The notes below the pieces were generated by a model. The model was given only the letters and a program-made list of their open reading frames with translations, searched no databases and had not been told where the DNA came from. Shown here one piece after another: positions 33,542 to 43,174 of a DNA stretch of 46,741 nt. The position numbers and the translations under genes are program-made. How positions within the stretch are numbered: position 1 is the first letter of the stretch; each line of letters begins with the position of its first letter. The stretch is taken from the NCBI GenBank assembly GCA_025935655.1, contig JAICUV010000001.1, positions 1 through 46,741 of the forward strand. Direction: 5' to 3'. Origin of the DNA: Chloroflexota bacterium. Lineage in GTDB: Bacteria; Chloroflexota; Limnocylindria; Limnocylindrales; CSP1-4.

Positions 33542-36366
33542 GTCGGACCGGCGCCCGGTCCGTCCAGGCGATCCGCCAGGACCTCGGCGAGGTGGCGCGC
33601 CCTGCGCCCGTCCAGGAACGCGATCTGCGTCCGGCAGCTGAACCCGTCGGCGAGGATCGCCGTGCCGGCGTCGGTCTCGCGGAGGGCCGGCAGGAGCTCC
33701 AGCTCCGCGACCTGGCGCGTGATCCGCTCGTGGCCGGCCTCCGCCCCGAAGTTGCCCGCGAGCCCGCAGCACCCCGAGAGCACGCGCGTCGGCGCGATCC
33801 CGGCCGCGGCCATGAGCCGCGTGTCGGCCGCGGTGCCCAGCACGGCCTGGTGGTGGCAGTGGGGCTGGACCAGGGCGTCGAGGGGCTCGCCGTCCGGCGG
33901 CGACCAGCCGGCGCCATCGAGGAGCTCGGCGAGCGTGGTCACGCGTCCCGCGACGGCCCGTGCGCGTGGATCGTGCGGGAGCAGCTCCGGGAGGTCCAGC
34001 CGGAGCGAGGCGGCGCACGAGGGCTCGAGCACCACGATCGGGTCGCGTCCGTCGCCCACCCCGGGCGCATCGAGGGTCCGGGCGAGGACGGCCTTCGCCC
34101 CGTCGAGCTGGCCGGTCGTGGTCCAGGTCAGGCCGCAGCAGACGTCGGCGCCCGGCAGGGCCACGTCGAAGCCGGCCGCCGCGAGGACGCGCACCGCCGC
34201 CCGGCCCACCTCGGGCGCCAGGTGCTCCGTGAAGGTGTCGGGCCACAGGAGGACCTGGCCGCGGTACGGGGTCGCGGGTGCCGGGTGCGCGAAGGCGTCG
34301 CGGAACGTGCGCGGCGCGAGCCGGGGGATCCGGCGGTCGCCCGCCATGCCGCCGGCGAACGCCGCGAGCCGGCGCGACGGCCCGAACCCGGTGATGGCGT
34401 TGAGCGCGCGGGCCCCGGCCGGGACGCGGCGGACGAGCCGCAGCCAGCGCGGCAGCCGCCCGAGCAGGTAGTGGCTCCGCGGCCGCAGCCGTCCCCGGTA
34501 CCGCTGGTGGAGCACCTCCGACTTGTAGCTCGCCATGTCCACGCCCGTCGGGCAGTCGGAGAGGCAGGCACGGCAGGACAGGCACAGGTCGAGCGCCTCG
34601 TGGACCTCGCGCGAGCGCCAGCCCTCGTCCACCAGCGAGCCGGCGACCATCTCCTGGAGCAGGCGCGCCCGCCCTCGGGTCGAGTACCGCTCCTCGCCCG
34701 TCGCCCGGTAGGACGGGCACAGGAGCGCGTGGTCCTGGGTGGACACGCAGCGCCCGACGCCGATGCACCGCTCGACCGCCGATCGCACGTCGCCGCCGTC
34801 CGCCTCGAACGCCAGCCCGGGCACGAACGGCGGCAGGGTGGTCGGGCGCGGCCGGCGGAGGTCGAGCGTGAACGGGGCCGGATCCACCAGGATGCCGGGA
34901 TTGAGCCGGCCGCCCTCGTCCCACAGGGCCTTCCAGTCGGCGAACGCGGCCAGCATCGCGGGGCTGAACTGGCGGCCGAGGAGCTCGCTCCGTGCGCGGC
35001 CGTCGCCGTGCTCCCCGCTCAGCGTCCCCCCGTGGGCGACCACGAGGTCCGCCGCCGCCTCCATGAACTCGCGGAACCGGCGCTCGCCGCCCGGCCGATC
35101 GAGCCCGAAGCCCACCCGCAGGTGGATGCAGCCCTCGCCGAAGTGGCCGTAGGTGACGCCCGCGAGGCCGGCATCCCGGAGCAGGCCATGGAGCGCGGCG
35201 AGATACGCGGCCAGGCGGTCGGGCGGGACGGCGGCGTCCTCGAACCCCGGCCACGCGGGTGACCCGTCGGGGAGCCGGGCGGCACGACCGGCGCCCTCCT
35301 CGCGGACGCCCCACAGGACGGCCTGCTGGCGGCGGTCCTCCAGCAGCCGGACGCGCGTCGAGCGCATCGTGCGCCCGATGGACGCGGCGAGCCGTGTCGC
35401 GTGCTCGCGCATCGCGGCCGCGTCGTCGCCGCCCGCCTCCACCAGCAGCCACGCGCCGCCCTTCGGCAGCAGCCCGGGGTCCGTCCACGCGGCCAGGAAC
35501 TGGGCGGTGAGGCTCTCGACGGTGTACGGCGCCTCCACGAGGAGCGCGGGCACCGCCGCCGCCGCCTCGATGTCGTCTCGGAAGGCGAGCACGAGCAGCC
35601 CCTTCGACGCGGGCGGCGGGACGAGCCGCAGGGTGGCGGAGGCGACGACCGCGCACGTCCCCTCGGATCCCGTGAGCGCCCGCGCGACGTCGAACCCGCG
35701 CTCGGGTAGCAGCCAGTCGAGGCCGTAGCCGGAGACGCGTCGCGGCCACGGCGGGAGCTCGGCCCGGAGCAGGTCGGTGTGCCGCCCCAGGAACGCCCGG
35801 AGCCGCATGTCCAGCTGCGGGCCCAGCGCGTCCGTGCGGCGGCGCGACCCGTCCGCGGTGACGAGCTCCAGCCCCAGGACGTTGTCCGCCGTGGTCCCCC
35901 ACCTCACGGAGTGCGAGCCGCAGGCGTTGTTGCCGACCATGCCGCCGACCGTGCACCGTGAGTGCGTGGACGGGTCCGGCCCGACGCGCAGCCCGTGGCG
36001 CGCCGCGGCGGCGTTGACGTCGTCGAGGACCGTGCCCGGCAGGACGGTGACGGTCCGCGCGTCGGGGTCCAGGGACGTGATCCCGCGCAGGTGGCGCGTC
36101 GCGTCCACGACGATCCCGGCCCCGATGGCGTTGCCGGCGATGCTCGTCCCGGCGCCGCGCATGGTGAGCGGCACGCCGGCCTCGGCGGCGAGGTGCACCA
36201 CCGCGGCCAGCTCGTCCACGGTCGCGGGGGCCACCACGGCACCGGGCAGGACCCGGTAGTTCGAGGCGTCGCTCGCGTACATCGCCCGCGTCCCGGCGTC
36301 CGTCGCCACCTCCCCGCGCAGGGCGGCGCGGAGCCGCGCGGCGAGCTCGGCCACGCCGGCGGGCAC
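33538..36366 (-). CDS. fused FAD-binding (GlcD-like) / 4Fe-4S / CCG-domain (GlcF-like) oxidoreductase
   Basis: FAD-PCMH domain (VPLTMRGAGTSIAGNAIG), FAD-oxidase C domain (GTLSGEHGDGRARS), two Cys clusters (CIGVGRCVSTQDHALLCP; CLSCRACLSDCP) and C-terminal Cys-rich CCG repeats (CCGLTW, GCCGLAGNFG). Start is uncertain (GTG 36366 or 36354); the upstream part of the track ORF crosses the promoter region. Confidence 0.85.
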   Translation of the reverse strand: MPAGVAELAARLRAALRGEVATDAGTRAMYASDASNYRVLPGAVVAPATVDELAAVVHLAAEAGVPLTMRGAGTSIAGNAIGAGIVVDATRHLRGITSLDPDARTVTVLPGTVLDDVNAAAARHGLRVGPDPSTHSRCTVGGMVGNNACGSHSVRWGTTADNVLGLELVTADGSRRRTDALGPQLDMRLRAFLGRHTDLLRAELPPWPRRVSGYGLDWLLPERGFDVARALTGSEGTCAVVASATLRLVPPPASKGLLVLAFRDDIEAAAAVPALLVEAPYTVESLTAQFLAAWTDPGLLPKGGAWLLVEAGGDDAAAMREHATRLAASIGRTMRSTRVRLLEDRRQQAVLWGVREEGAGRAARLPDGSPAWPGFEDAAVPPDRLAAYLAALHGLLRDAGLAGVTYGHFGEGCIHLRVGFGLDRPGGERRFREFMEAAADLVVAHGGTLSGEHGDGRARSELLGRQFSPAMLAAFADWKALWDEGGRLNPGILVDPAPFTLDLRRPRPTTLPPFVPGLAFEADGGDVRSAVERCIGVGRCVSTQDHALLCPSYRATGEERYSTRGRARLLQEMVAGSLVDEGWRSREVHEALDLCLSCRACLSDCPTGVDMASYKSEVLHQRYRGRLRPRSHYLLGRLPRWLRLVRRVPAGARALNAITGFGPSRRLAAFAGGMAGDRRIPRLAPRTFRDAFAHPAPATPYRGQVLLWPDTFTEHLAPEVGRAAVRVLAAAGFDVALPGADVCCGLTWTTTGQLDGAKAVLARTLDAPGVGDGRDPIVVLEPSCAASLRLDLPELLPHDPRARAVAGRVTTLAELLDGAGWSPPDGEPLDALVQPHCHHQAVLGTAADTRLMAAAGIAPTRVLSGCCGLAGNFGAEAGHERITRQVAELELLPALRETDAGTAILADGFSCRTQIAFLDGRRARHLAEVLADRLDGPGAGPT

Positions 36367-36491
36367 GGGGGAGGCGGCGGGATCGGGCGCGAGGACGATC
36401 GGACGGGCCTCCGGCGAGGTCGGAGTGGTCAGCGTGGGGCCCAGCGATGCTACGGGATCGGCATTGACACCGGGGCCCCGTCGTGAGATAG

Positions 36492-36503
36492 TTGCACGTG
36501 CAA
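36492..36503. promoter_or_regulatory. perfect 12-bp palindrome TTGCACGTGCAA, candidate operator in the pirin / oxidoreductase divergent spacer
   Basis: Self-complementary dodecamer in the only AT-enriched stretch of the spacer, 27 nt upstream of the pirin ATG. Confidence 0.45.
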
Positions 36504-36529
36504 TCACTTGCCAAAGGAACCCGATCGCC

Positions 36530-37540
36530 ATGCCGGCAGTCACCGTCGACGACATCACCGTCCTCCCCCGCATCCCCGTCCCCGACCCGGTCGTCGCGCG
36601 CCAGCGGCCCGTCCGCGGCCTGACCGACGCCCCGCGCGGCTTCGAGGGCGAGGGCTTCCCGGTCCGCCGCGCGTTCGCCGGCGTCCTGCTGGAGGACCTG
36701 GACCCGTTCATCCACCTCGACCAGATGGGCGAGGTGGAGTACGCGCCGGGCGAGGCCAAGGGCACCCCCTGGCACCCGCACCGCGGCTTCGAGACCGTGA
36801 CCTACATCCTGGACGGCGTGTTCGAGCACGCCGACTCCAACGGCGGCGGTGGCGTCATCACCAACGGCGACACGCAGTGGATGACGGCCGGCGCCGGGAT
36901 CCTCCACATCGAGAAGCCACCGGAGTGGCTCGTCGCCCAGGGCGGCCTGTTCCTCGGCTTCCAGCTGTGGGTCAACCTGCCCCGGGACCAGAAGCTCGCC
37001 GCGCCGCGCTACCAGGACATCCGCGCCGGGGAGGTCTCGCTCCTCTCGTCGCCCGACGGCGGCACGCTGGTGCGGGTCATCGCGGGCGAGGTCGCGGGCC
37101 ACGCGGGCCCGGGCAGCACGTACACGCCGATGACGCTCGTCCACGCGACGCTCGCGCCCGGCGCCACGCTGACGATCCCCTGGCGCGCGGACTACAACGC
37201 CCTGGCCTACGTGCTGGCCGGGCGCGGGACGGTCGGCGCCGAGCGTCGCCCCGCGCGCACGGGCCAGCTCGCGGTCTTCGGGCCCGGCAACGCGCTCGAG
37301 TTCGTGGCCGACCGGGTCCAGGACTCCAACGCGCCCACCATGGACGTGCTGATCCTCGGCGGGCGGCCGATCCGGGAGCCGATCGCGTGGATGGGGCCGT
37401 TCGTGATGAACACCCGCGACGAGGTCATCCAGGCGTTCTCGGACTACCAGGCGGGCCGGCTCGGCACCATCCCGGCCGTGCACAACGCCCCGACCGAGCT
37501 CCAGGTGTCACAGCAGCCGGAGCCCGGCACGGGGGCATGA
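36530..37540 (+). CDS. pirin-family bicupin protein (quercetin 2,3-dioxygenase-like)
   Basis: ORF trimmed to the ATG at 36530. Metal-binding cupin motif HPHRGFETVTYILDGVFEHADSNG...WMTAGAGILHIE. Confidence 0.9.
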   Translation: MPAVTVDDITVLPRIPVPDPVVARQRPVRGLTDAPRGFEGEGFPVRRAFAGVLLEDLDPFIHLDQMGEVEYAPGEAKGTPWHPHRGFETVTYILDGVFEHADSNGGGGVITNGDTQWMTAGAGILHIEKPPEWLVAQGGLFLGFQLWVNLPRDQKLAAPRYQDIRAGEVSLLSSPDGGTLVRVIAGEVAGHAGPGSTYTPMTLVHATLAPGATLTIPWRADYNALAYVLAGRGTVGAERRPARTGQLAVFGPGNALEFVADRVQDSNAPTMDVLILGGRPIREPIAWMGPFVMNTRDEVIQAFSDYQAGRLGTIPAVHNAPTELQVSQQPEPGTGA

Positions 37541-37761
37541 GCCCGTCCAGCGGGGGATCGGCCGAGCCGGTCCCCGTCGAGGCGGGTAAGTCGAGCCACC
37601 CGCCCGCGGCCGGGCACGAGCACGCGTGGTCGATGATGCGCTTCGAGCTCGTCGACGACCGGCCGTTCGTCCACCAGGCCTGCGAGGGCTGCGGTGCCGT
37701 CCGCCGGTATCGCGCGTGGGATCGCACCTGGACGCCGGGCGCAGGCGAGGTCCGCCGCTAG
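37537..37761 (+). CDS. small hypothetical protein (74 aa, one CxxC) translationally coupled to pirin
   Basis: The ATG overlaps the pirin stop (ATGA). GC3 is near 90% in this frame. Sequence ...MMRFELVDDRPFVHQACEGCGAVRRYRAW... No recognisable family. Confidence 0.45.
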   Translation: MSPSSGGSAEPVPVEAGKSSHPPAAGHEHAWSMMRFELVDDRPFVHQACEGCGAVRRYRAWDRTWTPGAGEVRR

Positions 37762-37774
37762 GGCGTTCGCCCGG

Positions 37775-38245
37775 TCAGCTCGACTCGTCCACCAGGACGT
37801 AGGCGGCGTACCGGCCGTCGGTCGTCTCGACGTAGACCTGGTCCAGGCACGCCGCGTTGGCCACGCAGACGGCGGACGGGCAGCTGGATGTCGCCCCGAC
37901 GACGACCGGGTCCCGCCCGTCGGCGGCGCGGACGTCGGCGATCGAGAGCAGCCCCGTGGTCGACCGCGCGTAGTTGTGGTCGCACACGACCACCGCGTCG
38001 GGGAGGCTCGCGACGTCGACGGGCCGGATGCCGCCGGACGTGAGCGCGCCCAGTGCCGGCAGGAAGATCCCGACGGTCACCACCAGCGCGATCACCGCCG
38101 CGCCGCCGATCGCCGCAAGCCCGATGAGCCGGCTCCGGGCGACCTCCTCCTGGGACACGGGCGCCTTCGGTGGCGGCGCCGGCGTGGGCCGGGGTCGCGA
38201 GGTCGTCCGCGGCGTGGCGTTCGTCGGCTCGATGGGTTCCGGCAT
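37775..38245 (-). CDS. membrane-anchored hypothetical protein with Pro-rich N-terminus and Cys-containing ectodomain
   Basis: 156 aa with a single TM (LIGLAAIGGAAVIALVVTVGIFL). Four Cys in the C-terminal about 90 aa. High GC3. Confidence 0.6.
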   Translation of the reverse strand: MPEPIEPTNATPRTTSRPRPTPAPPPKAPVSQEEVARSRLIGLAAIGGAAVIALVVTVGIFLPALGALTSGGIRPVDVASLPDAVVVCDHNYARSTTGLLSIADVRAADGRDPVVVGATSSCPSAVCVANAACLDQVYVETTDGRYAAYVLVDESS

Positions 38246-38252
38246 CGCCCAG

Positions 38253-38258
38253 ACGCTA
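38253..38258 (-). promoter_or_regulatory. putative -10 hexamer TAGCGT, 7 nt upstream of the ATG at 38245 (leaderless-type)
   Basis: Minus strand reads gtgTAGCGTctgggcgATG. Fits TANNNT. No Shine-Dalgarno. Confidence 0.35.
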
Positions 38259-38296
38259 CACGGTCTGGGCGCGCGGTGCCGGGGACGGACCCCCGG

Positions 38297-38836
38297 TCAG
38301 CCCGCGAAGCGCCGGCGCACGTCGACCGCGTGGTAGCGGTCCATCAGCTGCTCCACGGCCTCGCGCGCGGCGTGCCACTCCTCCTGGTCGCCCAGGATGT
38401 GGGGATCGCGCCCCCATTTCTGGATCTGCGTCATCGCCATCACGATCGAGTTGTGCTGCGCGAGGCGGTTGCGACCGGCGTCGACGACGCCCGTCACGAG
38501 GTACCGGCGCACGAGGTCGTAGGGCGCCGACCAGCGCCCGATCCGGATCCGGTCGTGGTCGCGCAGCGTCTCGAGCCACGCGTCGTCGCCGACCGGGTGC
38601 CGCTCGTGCTCGTCCACGTGGGCGTTGATGTCCAGCCGGCGGCCCGGCTGCCCCAGCGACGGGATCCGCCCGTCCTCGTCGGTGGTGCGGTAGCAGATGG
38701 GGCAGGTCGCCAGGCGGGCGAAGGTGGGCGGCGCCTCGCCGAAGCGGAGACCGCACCGTCGACAGATCTGCGCCCCGGTTCGGCTGGCGATGGTGCCGCA
38801 CTGGAGGCAGACGAGGTCGGCGGACTGGACCGGCAT
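38297..38836 (-). CDS. zinc-ribbon-containing hypothetical protein
   Basis: ORF trimmed to the ATG at 38836 (GGGAG upstream). Motifs CLQCG-x13-CRRCG, then CPICYR followed by a His-rich segment NAHVDEHERH. The C-terminal about 100 aa are helical with no recognised family. Confidence 0.65.
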   Translation of the reverse strand: MPVQSADLVCLQCGTIASRTGAQICRRCGLRFGEAPPTFARLATCPICYRTTDEDGRIPSLGQPGRRLDINAHVDEHERHPVGDDAWLETLRDHDRIRIGRWSAPYDLVRRYLVTGVVDAGRNRLAQHNSIVMAMTQIQKWGRDPHILGDQEEWHAAREAVEQLMDRYHAVDVRRRFAG

Positions 38837-39084
38837 GGGAACTCCCGGCGGTGCGTCGTCAGGGCACGGGACGACAGGCGTGGCCACATCCTCGGGCACG
38901 GCGCCCACGCGCGCGAGCGGCGAACTGGTCATGGGGCAGGCCGCCAAAAGGGCTAATCGAGGACGGGGGGCGACCGCGCGACTGGACGGACGACGATGGC
39001 CCGCCGGGGCGACGAGCGGGAGGATCGGACCAACCGGCACCGCCCGACCCCCAGGCGGCGCCCATCGAAAGGCAACCACCCACC

Positions 39085-39234
39085 ATGAGCCGTCCCGACC
39101 CGAACCAGTCCCTCGCCCGCTACCACGTGCGTCACGTGGTCCCGCAGGCGGGCTGTCCCCTGTGCATGCGTGGCCGCCGCCCCGTGGACGGCCTCCCTCG
39201 CTGGGCGCAGCCGCGCCAGGCGGTCGCCCGGTGA
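39085..39234 (+). CDS. candidate small ORF (49 aa) with CPLC motif
   Basis: ATG start. GC by codon position is about 80/60/88%. Sequence MSRPDPNQSLARYHVRHVVPQAGCPLCMRGRRPVDGLPRW... Its stop overlaps the GTG of the next small ORF (GTGA). No strong RBS. Confidence 0.3.
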   Translation: MSRPDPNQSLARYHVRHVVPQAGCPLCMRGRRPVDGLPRWAQPRQAVAR

Positions 39235-39416
39235 CCGCGCTCGCCGCTCCGTCGCCCGTCGCGGTCCAGCACGAGGGCCACCCCGGCCCGCTGCTCGCGT
39301 GCCCGATCTGCCGCCGGCAGTCCTCGTACGGCGTCTTCCGGCGCCGCTACTGGGCGCTCCGCGGCCGGCGGGGCGTCACCCGCACCCGCCTCGGCACGGG
39401 CCAGGGCGCCGGTTGA
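39231..39416 (+). CDS. candidate small ORF (61 aa) with CPIC motif and basic tail
   Basis: GC3 is about 95% in this frame, with a phase shift of the GC3 signal exactly at the junction with the preceding ORF. Sequence ...GPLLACPICRRQSSYGVFRRRYWALRGRR... It could be the 3' half of one frameshifted zinc-ribbon gene. Confidence 0.35.
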   Translation: MTALAAPSPVAVQHEGHPGPLLACPICRRQSSYGVFRRRYWALRGRRGVTRTRLGTGQGAG

Positions 39417-39440
39417 CCGCGAGCGGGACGCCACCCGGGC

Positions 39441-39446
39441 TAGCAT
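39441..39446 (+). promoter_or_regulatory. putative -10 hexamer TAGCAT, 6 nt upstream of the prolyl oligopeptidase ATG (leaderless-type)
   Basis: gggcTAGCATggctcgATG. Fits TANNNT. No Shine-Dalgarno. Confidence 0.4.
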
Positions 39447-39452
39447 GGCTCG

Positions 39453-41519
39453 ATGGACCCGCTCACCTACCCCGCGCCCCCGACGTCCGACCAGGTCGAC
39501 GACTACCACGGCGTCGCCGTGGCGGACCCGTACCGACCGCTCGAGGATGCGCACGCGCCGGAGACCCGGGCGTGGATCGAGGCCCAGAACGCGCTGAGCT
39601 CGCGCGTCCTCGGCACGGTGCCCGCCCGCGACGCGATCCGGCGCCGCCTCGCGGCGCTCTGGGACTTCCCGCGCGCCGGCGTCCCGTGGCGCCATGGGAA
39701 CGCGTGGTTCCAGCTCCGCAACACGGGGCTCCAGGACCAGGATGTCCTCTGGACCGCCGATGGGCCGGAGGCGGAGGGCCGGGTCCTCCTGGACCCCAAC
39801 GGCCTCAACGCCGGCGGCACCACGACCCTCAACGCGATCGCGCCGTCCCACTCGGGCGCGCTCCTGGCCGTCGCGACCGCCGATGCCGGCTCGGACTGGC
39901 AGACGTGGCGCGTGCGCCGTGTCGCCACCGGCGAGGACCTGCCGGACCGGATCCCGTGGAGCAAGTTCTCGGGCGCCGCCTGGACGCACGACGACGCGGG
40001 CTTCTACTACGCCCGGTTCCCCGAGCCGCCCGCGGACGCGACCCACGACGCCCCGAACCTCGACATGGAGGTCCGCTACCACCGCCTCGGCGCGGACCCC
40101 GCGGACGACCCGCTGGTGTTCGCGACGCCGGAGCACCCGGACTGGGGCTTCAACCCCGAGGTCTCCGACGACGGCACGCTGCTCGTGATCACGATCTGGC
40201 GCGGCACGGACCCCGAGAACCGGGTCTGGGTCGCCGAGCTCGGCGACGACGCGGCCGCCGCCGTCCCGCGTCCGCTCCTCGACGCGAACGATGCCCGCTA
40301 CGAGCTCGTGGGGAGCATCGGCCGGACGCTCTACTTCCTCACCAACCTGGGCGCGCCGCGCAGCCGGGCCGTGGCGATCGAGGTCGACGACCCGGCCACG
40401 ATCCGCGAGGTCATCCCGGAGGCCGACGACACGCTCGAGGGCGTGGCGCTCGCGGGCGACCGGTTCGCGGCGATCCACCTCCACCACGCCCATCACCGCC
40501 TGTCGCTGTATGAGCTCGACGGCCGGCCGGCAGGCATCGTGGAGCTGCCCGGCATCGGGACCATCGCGAGCGCCGAGGGCCGGCGCGAGGACCCGGAGCT
40601 GTACCTGACGTTCGAGCGGTTCGCCGCCCCGCGGGCGGTCCTCGCGGTGCGCATGGCCGACGGCACGACCCGCGAGCTCCCCCGCCCTCCCCTGCCTTGG
40701 GACCCGGAGGACTACGTCACCGAGCACACCTTCGTCACGTCCGCCGACGGCACCCGGGTGCCGCTGTTCCTCACCCGGCGTCGCGACGTGGAGCCGGATG
40801 GCGACGTGCCGACGCTGCTCTACGGGTACGGCGGGTTCCAGATCGCGATCGGGCCCGTGTTCAAGGCGGACTGGCTCCTGTGGATGGAGCGCGGCGGGCT
40901 GCTCGCGGTGGCGGCGCTGCGCGGCGGCGGCGAGTACGGCACGGCGTGGCACGACGACGGCCGGCTGGCGAACAAGCAGCACGTCTTCGACGACTACGCG
41001 GCGTGCCTGCGCTGGCTCGCGGCATCCGGCTGGACGCGGCCCGAGCGGATCGGCATCCTCGGGCGCTCGAACGGCGGGCTGCTCGTGGGCGCGACGCTGA
41101 CCCAGCACCCGGAGCTGTTCGGGGCGGCCGTGCCCGAGGTCGGCGTCATGGACATGCTGCGCTTCCACCGGTTCACGATCGGCTGGGGCTGGACCAGCGA
41201 CTACGGCTCGCCCGACGACCCGGAGCAGTTCCGGTGGGTCTACGCGTACTCGCCGCTCCACAACGTGCGGCCTGGGACCGCGTATCCGCCGACGCTCGTG
41301 ACCACGGGCGACCACGACGACCGCGTCGTCCCGGGCCACTCGTTCAAGTTCACGGCCGCGCTCCAGGCGGCGCAGGGCGGCGACGCCCCGATCCTCGTCC
41401 GCATCGACACGGACGCGGGGCACGGCGCGGGCAAGCCGGTGGGCAAGCTCATCGACGAGCGGGCGGACGTGCTCGCGTTCCTGGAGCTCGCGCTGGGCGT
41501 CGACCCGGACCGCGCCTAG
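39453..41519 (+). CDS. prolyl oligopeptidase (S9A family)
   Basis: 688 aa. N-terminus [17 protein letters not shown] is typical of POPs. Seven-bladed propeller region. Catalytic Ser in [10 protein letters not shown], Asp in TGDHDDRV, His in DAGHGAGKP. Confidence 0.92.
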   Translation: MDPLTYPAPPTSDQVDDYHGVAVADPYRPLEDAHAPETRAWIEAQNALSSRVLGTVPARDAIRRRLAALWDFPRAGVPWRHGNAWFQLRNTGLQDQDVLWTADGPEAEGRVLLDPNGLNAGGTTTLNAIAPSHSGALLAVATADAGSDWQTWRVRRVATGEDLPDRIPWSKFSGAAWTHDDAGFYYARFPEPPADATHDAPNLDMEVRYHRLGADPADDPLVFATPEHPDWGFNPEVSDDGTLLVITIWRGTDPENRVWVAELGDDAAAAVPRPLLDANDARYELVGSIGRTLYFLTNLGAPRSRAVAIEVDDPATIREVIPEADDTLEGVALAGDRFAAIHLHHAHHRLSLYELDGRPAGIVELPGIGTIASAEGRREDPELYLTFERFAAPRAVLAVRMADGTTRELPRPPLPWDPEDYVTEHTFVTSADGTRVPLFLTRRRDVEPDGDVPTLLYGYGGFQIAIGPVFKADWLLWMERGGLLAVAALRGGGEYGTAWHDDGRLANKQHVFDDYAACLRWLAASGWTRPERIGILGRSNGGLLVGATLTQHPELFGAAVPEVGVMDMLRFHRFTIGWGWTSDYGSPDDPEQFRWVYAYSPLHNVRPGTAYPPTLVTTGDHDDRVVPGHSFKFTAALQAAQGGDAPILVRIDTDAGHGAGKPVGKLIDERADVLAFLELALGVDPDRA

Positions 41520-43174
41520 ACCGACGCGTCCAGGATCGCCTGCGCCTCCTCGAGGATGCGGCCCAGGTGCTTCTGGCCGCGGAACGACTCGGCGTACAGC
41601 TTGGTCACGTTCTCCGTCCCCGACGGGCGGGCCGCGAACCAGCCCTGCTCGCTGACCACCTTGAGCCCGCCGATCGGGGCGCCGTTGCCGGGCGCCGTCG
41701 TGAGCTTGGCGACGATCGGGTCGCCGGCCAGGGTCGTGGCCGTGACCGCGTCCGGCGACAGCCGCCCGAGGGCGGCCTTGAGCTCGGGCGTGGCCGGGGC
41801 GTCGATGCGCCGGTACGCGGGCGAGCCGAACCGCTCGGTCAGGCCCAGGTAGACCTCGGACGGGTTGCGACCCAGCTTCGCGGTCAGCTCCGCGGCCAGC
41901 AGGCAGGCGATGATCCCGTCCTTGTCCGTGGTCCACACGCGGCCGTCACGGCGCAGGAACGAGGCGCCCGCGCTCTCCTCGCCGCCGAACCCGATCGACC
42001 CGTCGACGAGGCCGGCGACGAACCACTTGAAGCCCACCGGGACCTCGATGAGCCGGCGCCCGAGATCGGCGACCACGCGATCGATGATCGAGGAGCTCAC
42101 GAGGGTCTTGCCCACCGCGACCCGCTCGCCCCAGCCGCGGCCTCCGCCGAACAGGTACGAGATGGCCGCCGCGAGGACGTGGTTCGGGTTCATCAGGCCG
42201 GCGCCCGGCACCACGACGCCGTGGCGGTCCGCGTCGGCGTCGTTGCCCAGGGCGAGGTCGAACCTGTCTCGCAGCTCCACGAGCCGCGCCATCGCGAACG
42301 GGCTCGACGGGTCCATCCGGATCCGCCCGTCCCAGTCCAGGGTCATGAACCCGAACGTCGGGTCCACCTGGTCGTTGGTCACGGTGAGGTCCAGGCCGTA
42401 GTGCTCGCCGATCGCGCCCCAGTAGTCCACGGCGGCGCCGCCCAGCGGGTCCACGCCCAGCCGCAGCCCGGACCCGGCGATCGCCTCCATGTCGATGACG
42501 CTGCCGAGGTCGCCGACGTACGTGCCCATGAAGTCGTGCTCGCCCGCGTCGGCCCGCGCCCGCTCGAACGGGACGCGCGCGATGCCGTCCACGCCCGCCG
42601 GCCCGGCGCCCTCGAGGATCCGGTTCGCCTCGTCCTGGATCCAGCGCGTGACGTCCGTGTCCGCGGGACCGCCGTTGGGCGGGTTGTACTTGAAGCCCCC
42701 GTCCTCGGGCGGGTTGTGGGACGGCGTCACGACGATCCCGTCCGCCAGGCCCGCGGGCGGATCGCCGGGCCGGAAGTCGCGGTTGGCCACGAGGATCGCG
42801 TGCGAGACGGCGGGCGTCGGCGTGAACCCGTCGCCGCTGTCCACGAGGACGTCCACGCCCCGCGCCACGAGCACCTCGAGCGCCGTCCGCCACGCGGGCT
42901 CCGACAGCGCGTGCGTGTCGCGGCCGATGAACAGCGGCCCGGTGTAGCCCTTCCCCGCGCGGTAGCGGCAGATGGCCTCCGTCGTCGCGAGGATGTGCGC
43001 CTCGTTGAACGCGCCCTTCAGGGCGGACCCGCGGTGGCCCGACGTCCCGAACGCGACCCGCTGCGCCGGGTCGGACGGGTCGGGCCGGATGTCCTCGTAC
43101 GCGCGCAGGAGCGCCGGGAGATCGACGAGCTCCTCCGGGAGGGCGGGCTTGCCTGCACGCGGGTTCTGGCTCAT
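41516..43174 (-). CDS. pgm: phosphoglucomutase (alpha-D-glucose-phosphate specific)
   Basis: ORF trimmed to the ATG at 43174 ([18 protein letters not shown]...). Active-site loop [15 protein letters not shown], Mg loop GNDADADRH, sugar loop GGEESAG. Confidence 0.92.
   Translation of the reverse strand: MSQNPRAGKPALPEELVDLPALLRAYEDIRPDPSDPAQRVAFGTSGHRGSALKGAFNEAHILATTEAICRYRAGKGYTGPLFIGRDTHALSEPAWRTALEVLVARGVDVLVDSGDGFTPTPAVSHAILVANRDFRPGDPPAGLADGIVVTPSHNPPEDGGFKYNPPNGGPADTDVTRWIQDEANRILEGAGPAGVDGIARVPFERARADAGEHDFMGTYVGDLGSVIDMEAIAGSGLRLGVDPLGGAAVDYWGAIGEHYGLDLTVTNDQVDPTFGFMTLDWDGRIRMDPSSPFAMARLVELRDRFDLALGNDADADRHGVVVPGAGLMNPNHVLAAAISYLFGGGRGWGERVAVGKTLVSSSIIDRVVADLGRRLIEVPVGFKWFVAGLVDGSIGFGGEESAGASFLRRDGRVWTTDKDGIIACLLAAELTAKLGRNPSEVYLGLTERFGSPAYRRIDAPATPELKAALGRLSPDAVTATTLAGDPIVAKLTTAPGNGAPIGGLKVVSEQGWFAARPSGTENVTKLYAESFRGQKHLGRILEEAQAILDASV

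Noticed and set aside
31688-37483. 1931-aa ORF on the minus strand, the longest in the track
   Set aside because: It runs in an alternative frame across five independently supported genes on both strands. The product is Arg/Gly/Pro/Ala-rich with no motifs. This is the typical stop-codon-poor artefact of a genome with more than 70% GC.
39085-41519. RiPP-type cluster (small Cys peptides plus prolyl oligopeptidase as leader protease)
   Set aside because: No modifying enzymes (lanthionine synthetase, radical SAM, cyclodehydratase, YcaO, P450) and no exporter are adjacent. The POP looks like a canonical housekeeping S9A enzyme with its own leaderless-type promoter. The idea is kept only as a low-probability item to test under the Cys-cluster finding.
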